From: Octopus sinensis
Taxonomy: Eukaryota
Direction: 5' to 3'
DNA: 64,000 nucleotides
Assembly (NCBI RefSeq): GCF_006345805.1
Contig: NC_043006.1
Span: 26,102,001-26,166,000 of the forward strand
In this document: piece by piece, positions 1 to 13,469 of the stretch
Position numbering within the stretch: position 1 is the first letter of the stretch
How the letters are laid out: each line of letters starts with the position of its first letter
Notes under the pieces: generated by a model
Told to the model about the DNA's origin: nothing
Databases searched by the model: none
What the model saw: the letters and a program-made list of their open reading frames with translations, nothing else
Position numbers and translations under genes: made by a program

Positions 1-240
1 GCCACATGGAATTCCCTTATTTTAAATTAATATAACATCTGCAATATCTTTCATGTATATTGCCGGAGTTCAACAACTACATAATATATGTTGTAGTACT
101 TCTTTATATCCAGCCACATTCTGAGTTCAAATCCTGTAATGTTCAAATTTACTTACAGAATAGAAAAAATTCAGTAGCAGCAATATATTGAGACCAATTC
201 AATTCACATCATTGTCCCAATTTATGAAAAGCAATCAATA

Positions 241-468
241 TGTATGTATATATATATGCGTGTGTGTGTTTGTCCCCCTAGCATTGCTTGACAACTGATG
301 CTGGTGTGTTTACGTCCCCGTCACTTAGGGGTTCGGCAAAAGAGACCGATAGAATAAGTACTGGGCTTACAAAAGAATAAGTCCCGGGGTCGAGTTGCTC
401 GATTAAAGGCGGTGCTCCAGCATGGCCGCAGTCAAATGACTGAAACTAATAAAAGAGTAAAAGAGTAT
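241..468 (+). mobile_element. tRNA-derived SINE family A, 3' half
   Basis: Matches the 3' half of the full-length copy at 12941-13334 (tgtcccccta gcattgcttgacaa...ggtgctccagcatggccgcagtcaaatgactgaaac); ends in an (aagagta)n-like tail. Confidence 0.85.
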
Positions 469-644
469 ATGTATTTCTGAAGAGTTAATTTAAAATTTTT
501 CACTCAATTTTGTAATTTAAGATAAAATAATTATAGATAGCATAACTATTGAGAGAAAACATCAACATCCTCAGCTGGAAAGATATGATTTATATCCAAA
601 ACTATGTTTAAATTTTAAAAAATCTCATTCTCCATCAACTTCAA

Positions 645-1345
645 TATTCCCCAGGGATCTATTTTGCCCTCCACTTTTCCTTCTATACAACATAGACCTA
701 CTTGCCACTACATCCAACAACACCTATTCTTATGCAAATGACACAACTTTTCATTCTTCCCTAACCTTTGCAAATCATGTATCTCCACACGCTGAACCTG
801 CATTGATTTCCTAAAAAGACACTTTGTGAGCATTTTCCAAGAGAGGACCATGCCAATCTTGTCTCTTCTAACATGAAAAAACACTTGAGCATTTCTCACA
901 TCAAGAAAATACTACTCCACCTTTCCACACACAGACCACTCAAGTGTCACTGAGCTACCTACAGTCATCACTGTCACTTCCAATGCTATCACTGTCATCA
1001 CCACAAAGAAAATATTTCAGCCCCCAACAGTTGCTGACACTCAACAAGGCTCAAGTGAAGCTCGCGGTTTCCATTTGGTTACAGTGCTGCTACAACGACA
1101 ACCTAGACTACATCCAGACAAGGGCCACTAGAATGATTAATAAATCACTAACAGATATGCTCCAGCCTCTGGCAACAAACATGTTTTATCTTTATTTTTC
1201 TGTTGTAACTATAATGGCCTCTGTTTCTCAGAGCTGACTGGTCTTTCAGATACCTGCAACCCACTGGTTACAGTTGTTGCATCCAACTGCCTCCCTCCAC
1301 CAACCTCACCCTCACCATTATGCCCAGTCCTTCCTCCTCAAGACA
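645..1345 (+). mobile_element. CR1/Jockey-like LINE reverse transcriptase relic
   Basis: Frameshifted translation gives PQGSIL..., a YA[D/N]DTT-like core (tatgcaaatgacaca), and LDYIQTRATRMIN..LQPLA, typical of the CR1/Jockey RT C-terminus. Confidence 0.7.
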
Positions 1346-1410
1346 ACGGACTTATGGAACAGTGACAATCTAAACATTAATGGCATCAAGACCAGCATGT
1401 TTGGAGGACT

Positions 1411-1638
1411 TTAACCCTTTTGTTACCAAACCGGCTGAAACTGGCTCTGGCTCTGAGTACAAATGTCTTGTTTTCATAAGTTTTGAATTGAAATCTTCCA
1501 CCAAACCTTAGTCACAATTTATGCTCCTAACACTAGCTGAATGATAATGAAGTTATTTTACTAAATTCTTTGTTATATTTAAAGTAATTGAAAGAAATAC
1601 AGAGCATCTCAAAATAAATAGAGTAACAAAAGGGTTAA
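1411..1638. mobile_element. piggyBac-type MITE (copy 1)
   Basis: TTAA at 1411-1414 and 1635-1638; TIRs CCCTTTTGTTAC / GTAACAAAAGGG; 220-bp body; second copy at 14949-15176. Confidence 0.85.
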
Positions 1639-3339
1639 AGATCATAGACACTGCCTCTTCCTCCAGACTCAACAAGTTAAAAAAAAATAAAATCAGAGAA
1701 AGATATACCAAAGCATATCCAAAAAAGAACTACAATCAAAATTATTTTTGGAAGGCATTTATATAGCTATTCTATGATGGAACTCATATAGGTTCTTATC
1801 AAAACAAAATTATTAGACTGTAACGAGGAAATCACCTTTCTAAAAAAAGAAAAAGGAAAACTGCCGACAAGGTAGTCACGATGTGATTGTTTTGACTACA
1901 AATAGCAGCTAAATCTCCCTCAAATCATACTTTACTATGCTGAAAAATGGACTGTTAATTTAATGCAGTCTTGCATTATTCCTGAAAAGCTGAACACTTT
2001 TGCCCATATTCTGCTTCATTTGGGTGACATGATACCAAAAAACAAAACCACCAAAACAAAATTTTAAAAAGTATGGAACTTGTTGCTTGTCATACTTTAT
2101 CAACACATTCATCAGGAATTATGTTTCCAGTAAATGTTCAGTTTACATACTTCAAATATTCTTTTCACTTTGATATAAACGTCTTCAGTATTGTTATTGT
2201 AAAAGGAGAAATGCTTTAATAGAAAAACAGGCAATTAGTTTTCTAGTATTAATTTCTTTTATATATATATATATATATATATACATCTGATATATACTTA
2301 AATATATTTATATTTTTTTTAAATTAGACTAAATAAATTTTTAGAATTTTCCCCTATTTCCTCGGATCTCAGAAAATGTTGAAAGAAACATAATAGTCCA
2401 GTAAAAATTTATTCTCAAAAGGTCCTGGTTCGTTGTAAGTAATATTGTAAATTAACTGAACTGATATTTTAAAAGATACGAGAAGAGAGAAAGCAACTAT
2501 GTATCATACTTAAAAATGCTTAAAACAACAATTATTGCTGTGTTCTGATGAAGGGGATCTTAAAAGATTATTCGACTCAACCAGTTTTAAGAACAGAGAC
2601 GTTTTGTTAGTTGCAACACACCCAAATCAAGTTCCATGTATGCGAAAAACGAATTAAATGCTTAAAAGTAATGAGTTTAGTTTTATGAAAGGTCTGTAGA
2701 TTACATGACAAGCTGAATTCTTTGCGTATATAGCCTGAAATAAATATGTAAATAAGATTTTATTATAAATATATATATTTTTTTTTAAAGTCGTAATTCA
2801 GACACTAGTTTTATAACAGTAGCAAAGGCGGGCGTGTTGTCTAGGCACCCCACCCCTTTTTTATTTAAATATTTAATTTCTTCAGATTCTTACGTTTCAG
2901 ACAGACAACGAAGAAAATTATAGTAAGCACTCGGCATTAAAACATGTAAATTTTCCTTCCTCCTCATTTTTAAACGTAGGACTTCAAAAAAAGTCAAAAA
3001 AGTTTAAACGGAAAACCGAGATGGGGGATTAAAAATTTGAAAAGCTTTTCTTTTTCTTTTCTTTTTTGTTTGCGATATCGCCGTTGTTAGTAACGGGTAT
3101 CTGAAAGGATTTTGGAAGAAAAAAGGTTAACGTTTAACGAACATAAAAACATCCATTAGTGATATGAACTATTAAAACTAATTCAAGACACAGATAATGC
3201 TGTGAAGTTATAAAGATTTTTTTTTTTCTTTTAATCCAAGACTCAGTTTTTTTTCTTAGTCTCGACGACTATCAGTTTCATTTATTTCTCTATGCTATGG
3301 CCCTCTTCCTCTCAATATTTCGTTCTGTTGAGAAAAAAA

Positions 3340-3940
3340 AGGCGACGAACTGGCAGAAACAGCGTGCTGGACAAATGCTTAGTGGCATTTCGTCCCTCTT
3401 TAACATTCCGAGTTCAAAATTCCGCTAGGTCGACTTTGCCTTTCATCCTTATTCAAACTAAGTACCAGTTGAACAACTAGGGTCCAGCTAATTGACTCAC
3501 CCCTCCTCTGAAATTGCTGACCTTTGGAATCAGTATTTCGTCTTATGTTGTGGCGTGTTTTATGTGAAAATGAATATTTGAAGGAGGACGATTATATGCG
3601 ATTAAAACGAACGAGAGAGCACTAGTTTTCACCGACCCCGAAGAATGAAAGACAAAGCCAACGCCAGCGTAATTTCAACTAAACATAGAGTAGAATTTTG
3701 TAAAACATACTATTTTATGTTAGTTTTATATACAAGGATTATACATTAGCACAAATCGACAAATATTTATAGGGCAGATACAGTCGATCAAAGTGACACC
3801 AGTAAACTATCGGTATTTTATCGAAGGTATAAAAAAAAAAATACATCCACCCAAAATTTGAATCCAGAACGTGAAAGGTCGAAATTAAATACTTAAATCT
3901 ACTTAATTCGATATTCTATCACTTTCGCCACTCCACCGCT
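3340..3940. mobile_element. Cluster of three decayed SINE family B fragments (one +, two -)
   Basis: gagttcaaaattccgctaggtcgactttgcctttcatcc on + at about 3410-3450; reverse-complement fragments at about 3630-3680 and 3780-3940. Confidence 0.6.
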
Positions 3941-4334
3941 CTAATAAACTATTTGAAAACAACTGAACAGACGTTCTGTATGTACGCAAGTTTACTCTCA
4001 CATCCGGTATTTGTATTAATACATGACAACTAGGACATTTTCAGAACTCAAGGTAATGACAAATCGCTTGATAAACGGTACATGTCCGATAATCATACCA
4101 TACACAGGGTATATGACCAAAAAATTTCAAAATTTGTTTACATTTTCGCAAGAAAGCGGATTCTTGTCGAAGTACAAATATAAACTGAAAATAATACACA
4201 GCTTAGTTTGACAACTAAACAGGAAACCCACATTCATAAATAAAGAAAAAAAATCACATGGTAGAAGGCAGTTAAATCAGAATAACCCAAACAGCCTCAA
4301 CCTTTTGTCATTGCTCAAGATTATACATAAATAA

Positions 4335-4365
<31 letters not shown>

Positions 4366-6077
4366 CATACATATATAGAGAGGGAGAGAGACAGACAGAT
4401 TTAGTCCCACTGTATGTAAACAGTGAAAAAAGGTTATGTTATTCTGGCCAAAATGTCACAAACCACTACAATCTATATAAACTAATGATATTGCTATTTA
4501 CTTTTGGGACTTCACAATGAAAATCAAAGTGCTTTACCCTTTCATATAGTTTGTTTGTATGTACTTACAGACTTAAATTCTATGTGAAATGTATCATTAA
4601 TTCTTGTAAACCAATACTAATTGAAAAACGGAAGTATGAAAAAAAAGGTCCGATTTCCATTAAGAAATTATTATTTCGTAAACCAATTGATATTAAAATG
4701 TTCAAGTGTGATAAATTTTAATCAAAAATTCTGTGTAGTCGAAGAGACCCTAGTCTGTAGTTAGAGATAGTTAAGTATTACATATGTTCTATACGTCTCT
4801 TCTGTTTCACAGTAGCGTAGTGAAAACGAAATAAAACACACCCAGCTGATTTGATTAAATGTACAACAGTCGTTTAACCGAAAACAGTGTACGTGTGTGT
4901 GTGTGTGTGTGTGTGTGTGAAAATATTCCGCGAATTTTATTAGCTTGGAATTAAGAAATCATACCTTAAACAATAACATTTCTTTAATATTAACAAATGT
5001 AGTTTACTAGATGTAGTACAAGAGTTTGAAGAGCCTACCCCCAAAAAGTTACTAGTTAATAATAGAAAACAAATGAGAATATATGTGAAAAATAGATACC
5101 TGCAACGTAATTTCAATTTCCAATGGAGATGAAAGGGTTGTTATTAAATGATCAATTGTTTGGAAATGGTATAATGTGTCCCGATCAATGCACCTCTTAA
5201 GAAAAAATGACGGAGCCGGCCTGATTTACTTAAACGTGTCAAAAAGCTTGTAAGAATTTCTTGTCCTTTGGGTAGCATTTAATACCTATACTTGTTAAAG
5301 AATGTATTGTATTTCCTCTTTCAATATATTTTTGTATTTATATTCCAGAATGGAGGTATTGCATGAGTTAATACTGTAGGAATTACTTGGAAGAGTAATC
5401 AACACCCACCACCTATGAAAGCTCTGCTGTGATATTTCGAATTGCTCAGGTCCTTGAATGCATCACGGGAAGTGTTTTTTCAACCAATCGTTGGAAGCCT
5501 TACTCACGATATTCGGCCAAGTAAACACGTTGCAGAAGAAATGTGATAAAATTCGTAGGAAAATACAAATTTTTTTTTCCGTTTTTCAATCCGTTGTCTA
5601 CTATTGCCCAAAATATTTCACAGCTTTCACCTTCCAAGCATTTATTACATTCCTTTTGTGGTATTTTAGTAAAATTGTTATTTTATATCTTTGTAGCAGA
5701 CTATCAAGCTAGACTTGATGTTAACTTTATGGGAACTTATTATATTCGATGTGATTTCAGTAACACAAGAATTTCCTATTTCTGAGAAAATAAGTCGGTG
5801 AGTTGACAAAATCGTTAGAGCGTTACAAAAATGCCTTGCAGTTTTTGTCCCGGAAGCCAACTGTGGTTTTCATTCCTCAGGAGTGGATAAAATAAAGTAC
5901 AGGTCAAGTACAGAGGGTCAATGGCATCGATTAACTCTCACTGCTCGTAACTTGGCCATGTGCCTAAATTAACAACATTATTTCTTCAAAATGAACTCTT
6001 AAGTGAAAAGCGTAAAAATAAATAGATGGATAAAACGATGCTCAATATTTATTTCTTCTGCTAATATTTCAGTTAAC

Positions 6078-7181
6078 TCTTGGGTCATCATAAATAATGC
6101 GGTTTTTTTTATACTTCTTTTATTTTTCAAAATTAAGATAAAATTCTTTTTTAATCTAAAATATACTCTCCTTCATTTTCTACAATGCTCTTCCATCTAT
6201 CTAAGTAGACTTGCAAGGCCACTCTTCCAAAATTCACAAAAAATACTCCTCCAGTACTGTTCTGACCTCGTCTACAGAATTTATATTCTTTCCATCCAAA
6301 TGATTTTTAAGACTGCAAAATAGATGATAATAAGATGGAGCAATGTCCAGTGAATATGGTGGGTGGGACATCATTTCCCATTCAAACTGCTCCAGGCTTT
6401 GGAATGTCATCCTCGCTGTATATGGCCGAGCATTATGCTATTTCTTTACTACCCACAAGGGACTAAACACAGAGGGGACAAACAGATTAAGTCGATTACA
6501 TCGACCTCAGTGCGTAACTGGTACTTATTTAATCGACCCCGAAAGGATGAAAGGCAAAGTCGGCCTCGGCGAAATTTGAACTCGGAACGTAACAGCAGAC
6601 GAAATATGGCTACGCATTTCGCCCGGCGTTCTAACGATTCTGCCAGCTCGCCAGCGGCCAAGCATTATGCTGTTGGAAGAACACCTTTAGTCTTGAAACC
6701 AAAGATGGTCATTTTTCTTCTAGTGCAGATGTCGATGAATGGTTGAATGACCAAATCCAAGCTTCTCTGCTAGTTCCTTAACAGTTATGATGGGATTTTG
6801 TTCCACCAGGTTTTGCAGGATGTCCTTCTTGAGCTCTACCGATGTTCCTGGATGAGGCTCATCTTCTAGACTGTAGTTTCCAGCTTGGAATTTATGGAAT
6901 CGCTGTTGACACTAGCTTACACTTATTGTCCAATCCCCATATACTGCATTAATATTCCTCACACTTTCTGTTGCATTGTTATCTTTATTGAACTCATTAA
7001 GTAAAATATGCTGAATGTGCTCCTTTGCCACTTCCATTATAGCTTTGAAAAAATAACTGCTAAATCGAAAATTACTACTTGCTTGTATGGCAAGTTGATG
7101 CAGGTAGTTTATCCCTTCCCCCTCTGACTTTTAGTTCATGCAATTGAAAAAATTGCATTATTTATGGGATGACCCAATATA
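6078..7181 (-). mobile_element. mariner transposon, internally deleted, interrupted by a SINE
   Basis: TIRs TTGGGTCATC(CC)ATAAATAATGC at both ends; minus-strand translation MEVAKEHIQHILLNEFNK...EDEPHPG, QQHNARP, HPPYSLDIAPSYYHLF (mariner HDNARPH / YSPDLAP motifs). Confidence 0.85.
6440..6655 (-). mobile_element. SINE family B, full length, inside mariner
   Basis: Head gctggcgagctggcagaatcgttag, B-box-like gttccgagttcaaatt; 16-bp TSD ggccgagcattatgct (6424-6439) / ggccaagcattatgct (6656-6671). Confidence 0.92.
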
Positions 7182-7639
7182 TACTGCAAACACTTCTTCT
7201 GAATCACAAATATAGAGTTAACAGATTTTTTTTCCTTTCAAGTTGGAGAAGCTTTGTAAAAGACATGGCATCCAGCTAGATCTGCTTTTCTAAGAAACTC
7301 TACCCACACACCATACTAGGTGTAGCAAAACTGCTCACTTTGCCAGAGATAAGGATCAATAGTAAAAGTAGGTGAAAATCATTGGATATTATAACGATTT
7401 CAACACCTAACTGTATCACTCACTTATCTTCAACACTGTTGATACGATTAAGGGATGTTTAGTTACTTTTGGTTCACATCATGGTATACTTTTCTTCTTT
7501 TCTAACACCCAATCAGTCAGCTGTCACCACCATGGCCATGCTGCAACAATGTTTTGGTTATACTTCTCACTTTTGACTTGTTCAGTCCTCTGAACTGTGG
7601 TCTTTTTTTTTTCCTCATATGCTCCTGCCACTTCATGGT

Positions 7640-8010
7640 ATTCTACTCTCTGTGTTTTGCTAATTACTGCTCTTCTTTCTATGTCCAATGCCAACCAAGC
7701 AGAATATTGTGAATCTAGCTACGAACTTGTGACATCCTGTCTGTAGCTTACCATTTTCATACCTCACACAATGCCCTCAGTCCCATATATTTTAGATGCT
7801 TTGTTTCATGCAATTTCTTCCTATGACACAGTCAACTCAGTAATCAGGACTTTCTTTACAAAGTCGGTCTTTGCCATAAAGCTGTAGTTTTTTTCACAAT
7901 GATTTGGGAAAATAAGCGATTTCTTTAAATCAACCTGCATCTTCCAGTTATTAGAGGCATTCATAAGCATCTTCCAGTTATTAGAGGCATTCATAAGGCT
8001 GTATCTTAGA
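7640..8010 (-). mobile_element. RLE-type LINE (HERO/NeSL-like) endonuclease fragment, with a 30-bp tandem duplication at 7937-7996
   Basis: Minus translation WKMQVDLKKSLIFPNHC...DFVKKVLITELTVS*EE...KASKY resembles the VDL..FP..PD..ELTVPWEE..KY motif of restriction-like endonuclease LINEs; gcatcttccagttattagaggcattcataa occurs twice. Confidence 0.6.
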
Positions 8011-8201
8011 CTATTGTTTGTTTATGCTTCAATAGTGTCCTTTTTAGCTTTCCTTGTAGAAAAGCACACAATTCACCTTGGTATTCATTCTCCACCGCAA
8101 TGTAGACAATGCATTGCTGTTTGTATGTCCTAACAAGAATATACAGGACTTAGCTATGCTGTCAGGAACATTCTGTGATAACTTGCATGCTACCAGAATA
8201 T

Positions 8202-9295
8202 GGTAGACTGTATGACACATGTGTACGAACAGCCATGCTACATGGCAGTGAAACATGGGCTGTGACTGCTGAGGACATGTGTAAGCTTGCAAAGAATGAA
8301 GCCAGTATGATCTGATGGATGTGTAATGTCAGTGTGCATACTCAACAGAATGTAAGTACCTTGAGAGAAAAGTTGAACCTAAGAAGCATCAGATGTGGTG
8401 TGCAAGAGAGACGACTGCGCTGGTATGGTCATGTGGCGAGAATAGATCAGGATAGCTGAGTGAAAAAGTGCCACACCCTAGCAGTTGTAGGAACCTGTGG
8501 AAGAGGTAGACCCAGGAAGACCTGGGATGAAGTGGTGAAGCACAACCTTCAAACTTTAGGCCTCACCAAGGAAATGACTAGTGACCGAGACTTTTGGAAA
8601 TATGCTGTGCTTGAGAAGACCCGGCAAGCCAAATGAGACCATAACCTGTGGCCTATGCCAGGAGTGTAACCAGCACACTTATGCTTACCTTTTCCTTCTT
8701 TGGACACTTAACTCTGCTTGCGAAGACCTGTTGAGGCAAGTGAAATCAAAATCACATTCGATGACTGGCATCTGTTAAAGCGGGGTGCAAAGAGCACCAT
8801 ACGAGTGTGATCGTTGACAGAGCGGCTAACTGGCATCCGTGCCAGTGGCACATAAAAGGCACCAATTGAGTGTGATCATTACCAGCATCGCCTTACTGGC
8901 ACTTGTGCCCATGCTAGTAGGGTGCCAAGAGGACCATCCAAGCGTGATCGTTGCCAGAGCAGCTAACTGGCTTAGTGCCAGTGGCACGTAAAAGGCACCA
9001 TTTGAGTGTGATTGTACCAGTGTCACCTTACTGGCACCTGTGGCGGTGGAATGTGCAAAAAGATTCAAGCGAGGTCATTGCCAGAACCGCCTGACTGGCC
9101 CCCGTGCTGGTGGCACGTAAAAAGCACTCACTACACTCTCGGAGTGGTTGGCATTAGGAAGGGCATCCAGCTGTAGAAACTCTGCCAGATCAAGATTGGA
9201 GCCTGGTGCAGCCATCTGGTTCGCCAGCCCTCGGTCAAAATCGTCCAACCCATGCTAGTATGGAAAGCGGACATTAAACAATGATGATGATGATG
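8202..9295 (+). mobile_element. RTE-clade LINE 3' end (ORF C-terminus, repeat-rich 3' UTR, (GAT)n tail)
   Basis: [21 protein letters not shown]...RRLRWYGHV...GRGRPRKTWDEVVKHNL..., stop at 8634; ends ccaacccatgctagtatgg...(atg)n. Confidence 0.9.
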
Positions 9296-9979
9296 TAATG
9301 CTGATTTTTATGGTTGCTTTAAAAGAAATTCAATGTCACAACTTGAGTAGAATAAGCAGAATTGTTTCAATTCAAAATGACTTAAGATCTAAAAAAATCT
9401 GGGAAGGATTTAGTCATGACAACTGTATCTTGAACAAGTTTGGTAGAGCTGCTTGAATTCACTTTCAAATACTGCTCTACTTTGAAAATACACTTCTTTT
9501 GGAACCAGTGCATATCATCTACACTGATGGCAATTAGTGGTGTCACTGTTCTCCAGAGAAATCAAAATGTGGTGGGCTCCATCTTCCATAATTTGTCCCA
9601 TGACAGATGGTGGTTAGGTTACTATGAAATTATGTGACTATTATGGTAATCCTGTTAGTTTATACCAATCTGTGACAGAGTAGATACTAAGTGTCTCTTA
9701 GAAAAACCTGTTGTCTTTTACTGTTTAGATTAGTATTTGTAAATATCATTACCATCAAAGTCTGTCTTCCATATGATCTGATAAGTATGAGAACTTCATT
9801 GTGCTCCAGTGTCTGCTGCAGCAAAGTTTCTACAACAGAATACACTTCGTAATTCCAACTAAGAGGGTTCAAGAGACAGAGAGAGATGACTGATAGAAAG
9901 AGTGATTAATAGAAAATATGAGTTGGGAGGGATGATGTCAAGAATGAGGATTGACATCAAGTGGAAGTGGTTTCAGACA

Positions 9980-10490
9980 TCTCTCTCTATCCGCTCAGTC
10001 GAAGTCGACTCTCAGTCACTCGGATCAGTGTCCTCCAGTCAGTTCTATCCTGGGCCGCTTCCTTCAGACTGGCCATGTCCATTCCGGTATCACTCCTGAT
10101 GGTGCCAAGCCAGCAGTTTCTTGGTCGGCCTCTTCCTCTCTTGCCACTGACCATTCCGAGCATGATGTCCTTCTCCAGGGATTCTCTCCGCATAATATGA
10201 CCGAAATATGCCAATCTACGCTTGGTGATCCCAGCTTCTAGCAACATTTTCGGCCTTATCTGCTTAAGAACTTCTCCATTGGCAAGCCTCGCTGTCCATG
10301 GAATCCGCAAAAGTCTTCTCCAACACCAAAGCTCGAATGCATTAATTCTCTTCTGGTCAGCTTTCTTTAGTGTCTAGGTCTCGCATCCATATGTTGCTAT
10401 TGGGAAGACAATTGCATTCACCAATCTGCATTTGGTAGCGAGTCTCTACTCTTCCAGACCCTGCTCATGCTGACCATTGCCTCTCTGCAG
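9980..10490 (-). mobile_element. RTE/BovB-like LINE C-terminal fragment
   Basis: ORF 9987-10310 RIPWTAR...LAYFGHIMRRESLEKDIMLGMVSGKRGRGRPR..W; upstream LATKCRLVNAIVFPIATYGCET. Confidence 0.92.
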
Positions 10491-10739
10491 ATATAGTGAT
10501 AGGTAATTGGGAGCACAGAAAGGGATGCAATAAATAATTTTGCCATCATTTAATTACAGTAGAAAAATAATGCAACACTTAGGAGAGTGATGAAGGGAAG
10601 ACCTATGGGGGATGAGGAGTGAAGAAAGCCTGACAGGGACAAACTGAACAAGAAGCCCAGTTGTGAGCACATACATTATGCTTCTAGACTCTCGGTTTCA
10701 CCATGTTGGATGGGTCTTTTCAAGGTCAGCATATTTCCA

Positions 10740-11570
10740 ATCATCTCAGTCCTTTATCATCTCCTCTATGATGCCCCAAATCCTATCAGCCTTCACTACT
10801 TCATACCAACTTCTTGCTTCCTCCACCTTCTGCCAACTCATCTGTATCCTCCATAATCCCTACTATTTCTTCCCCAAGATCTACAAAGCCAAAAACTCTG
10901 GCCATGCCATTATCTCTGTCTGCAATTGCACCACAAAACTCATCTCTGCCTACCTCAACACATTCATGACACCAACCACACTCTCTGCCTTATTAACTCC
11001 TTCTTCCCTAGCTCCTCCTGCCTCATTTTCCTCATGGATATCACCTCTCTTTACGCTATTATCCCTCATAGCAAAAGCTTCCAAGTTCTTAAACATTTCC
11101 TCAACCTACACACCACTCTCTATCTCAACACCTCTACTCCTCTGTTGAGCTGAACTGATTATCACATTCAACTGTTTCTCCTTCACATGTGAAATGTATG
11201 AGTGGTTACTGGAGTGACCATGGGAACAAGGATGAGACCCAGTCATGGCAACTTGTTTGTTGGTTATGACAAGTCCCAAATTTTTTTCTAGTTCACTGGT
11301 CCTACTCCAGAGCTGTACAGTCATTACATTGATGACTGTTTCAGCACCATCTCTCTCTTCTGCAAGGAGCTAAAGATTTTCTTTTTTGTTCATTCTTTTT
11401 GCCCCTCTTTCCAGTTATCATTCTCCATCTCCAAAACCTCCCTTTGTTTTCTCAACATCACCCTCTCTATTGACTACCGTATCCTCTCCTTCTCTACCCA
11501 TCTTCTACAAAACCACTACTCCTACCTTGACTTCTCTTCCTCACTCACTCACACACATACCTCCCACCTA
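10740..11570 (+). mobile_element. Penelope-like retroelement RT relic
   Basis: PKIYKAKNSGHAIISVCNCTTKLISAYL (PKIHK..GRPIVS), MDITSLYAIIPHS (DVxSLYTxIP), degenerate G.AMG...GP..ANLFVG motif. Confidence 0.8.
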
Positions 11571-11595
11571 CTACTCTCACATTGTTAGACAACTG

Positions 11596-11991
11596 GGATC
11601 CTTTTGGTTTGAACGGCAGTTTTTTCTAGTGGTGTCATATGAAATTGTCACTCATAATTATGACCCTAGAATCGATCTATTGCATTTCAATCTCTTTTAG
11701 GGTTAGGGGAAGGGTATCTTTTTTTCTTCACAAATGTAAATAAACCCAATCTGTTTCTTAAACAAGGGACACATTCATACGGCACAGAATGCTTTTTACC
11801 TCAATAGACGTCAGTGATTGGTTGAAATTGAAGAAAAAAAAGCAACAAATATCTTACAAACTATAGAATTTTCTCAATAAAGCCAAGAGAAAAAGATGTT
11901 TTATAAACACATTCTACCAGTATACGAAGTTTAAAATTTTTTTATTACCTAGAAATTATGTTAAAAACTGCCGTTCAAACCAAAAAGATTT
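11596..11991. mobile_element. Merlin-type MITE copy 1 (opposite orientation to copies 2-4)
   Basis: TIR GGATC(C/T)TTT.GGTTTGAACGGCAGTTTT; 8-bp TSD gacaactg (11588-11595 / 11992-11999); internal ttagggttaggg. Confidence 0.88.
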
Positions 11992-12940
11992 GACAACTGT
12001 TCTTGTCTGGTTTGACTGTTGCCTAATATAGCAGTTAGTGTATGCCACTGACCCTTATCTCACTTACACACATGCACACATACATAGTAATATACATACA
12101 TGCACACATGTACTGTTATACATATATGCCCTCACTTTTCTGTCTCTCCCTTATCTCCCCTAGCATCACGACCATATATTCCTGCCATCATGTGTCAGTT
12201 TCCCACACGAATACACTATTTCCATCTCCACCACGTTGCTCCATTTCAGCTCTATTTCTCTGTTGTCTATTTCCCCTTTGCAATTTACTACTGGATTTTA
12301 TTCTCACTTACAGAGTAACATACTATTTTTCAATAATCCTTTAAAAATAACACTTTGCTCTCACCATCCACATGCAAAGATCAATTTGCAGTTTGTTGCA
12401 ACCCTCACTGACTCTTCACATGTGCTTTTTTTTTTTTTTTTTAATTCTTATTTCTCTTTTACTATTGTTTCTTACACAAAACTAAATTGCATTTTCTCCA
12501 ACATTTAACCACACATTGGTTCCCCTTCTGTTTCCTCTGATTTTCTATTTGTGCCCACTTTGATGGCCTTCTCTTTATCAGTTATTTTATTCATTCTTAT
12601 TACTTTCTCCTGACACTATACCTGTTATATAGCCTCCGGATTTTTCACCGGCCTTTTCATCAGTGTTTTACATAAACATCACATTTCTCTTCCTTTTCCA
12701 CCTCGCACTAACACCTCCCACATCCTCCTCCCCTCTATACCTTCCTCTCACATACAATTACAACTACACACGATCCTTCCATGCTACCCCACATGTCTAC
12801 ACACATAACTACACATCTGCACACATCCAAAGAAACTACATGCACCCTATACAGCTAAGTGCTTTACAAGTGCAAAAACCAATGGTCATTCTCTGATAGG
12901 CCATAACAAACAACCTTCTAAATATATGTATATGTATATA

Positions 12941-13334
12941 TTACTCATTTACTTGTTTCAGTCATTTGACTGTGGCCATGCTGGAGCACCGCCTTTAGTC
13001 GAGGAGATCGACTCCGGGACTTATTCTTTGTAAGCCCAGTACTTATTCTATCGGTCTCTTATGCCGAACCGCTAAGTGACGGGGATGTAAACACACCAGC
13101 ATCGGTTGTCAAGCAATGCTAGGGGGACAAACACAGACACACAAACACATATATATATATATACATATATATGACAGGCTTCTTTCAGTTTCCATCTACC
13201 AAATCCACTCACAAGGCATTGATCGGCCCGGGGCTATAGCAGAAGACACTTGCCCAAGATGCCATGCAGTGGGACTGAACCCAGAACCATGTGGTTGGTT
13301 AGCAAGCTACTTACCACACAGCCATTCCTGCGCC
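12941..13334 (-). mobile_element. tRNA-derived SINE family A, full length
   Basis: Head ggcgcaggaatggctgtgtggtaag (A box) ... gggttcagtccc (B box), central (TA/TG)n, tail aaacaagtaaatgagtaa. Confidence 0.92.
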
Positions 13335-13469
13335 TATTATCTATATTATTATATGATCAAACGCCACACATCCATATCCGAGTAAGTTTTATCATATATA
13401 TTATGTATGTATATGTTGGTGTGTTTACATCCACATAACTTTGTAGTTTGGCAAAAGAGGCCAGTAGAA

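Noticed and set aside
2540-2585. CTGATGA suggesting a hammerhead
   Set aside because: No downstream GAAA box or stem I/III
3081-3097. RFX X-box-like palindrome ccgttgttagtaacgg
   Set aside because: Only a partial match, with no linked TSS evidence
12630-12670. Minus-strand CTGATGA...GAAA
   Set aside because: The intervening sequence cannot form stem II and there is no stem III
12941-13334. tRNA-like A/B boxes (also at 6.6, 13.9, 15.8, 28.2, 57.6 and 63.7 kb)
   Set aside because: SINE heads followed by SINE bodies and TSDs; no complete cloverleaf tRNA gene is supported
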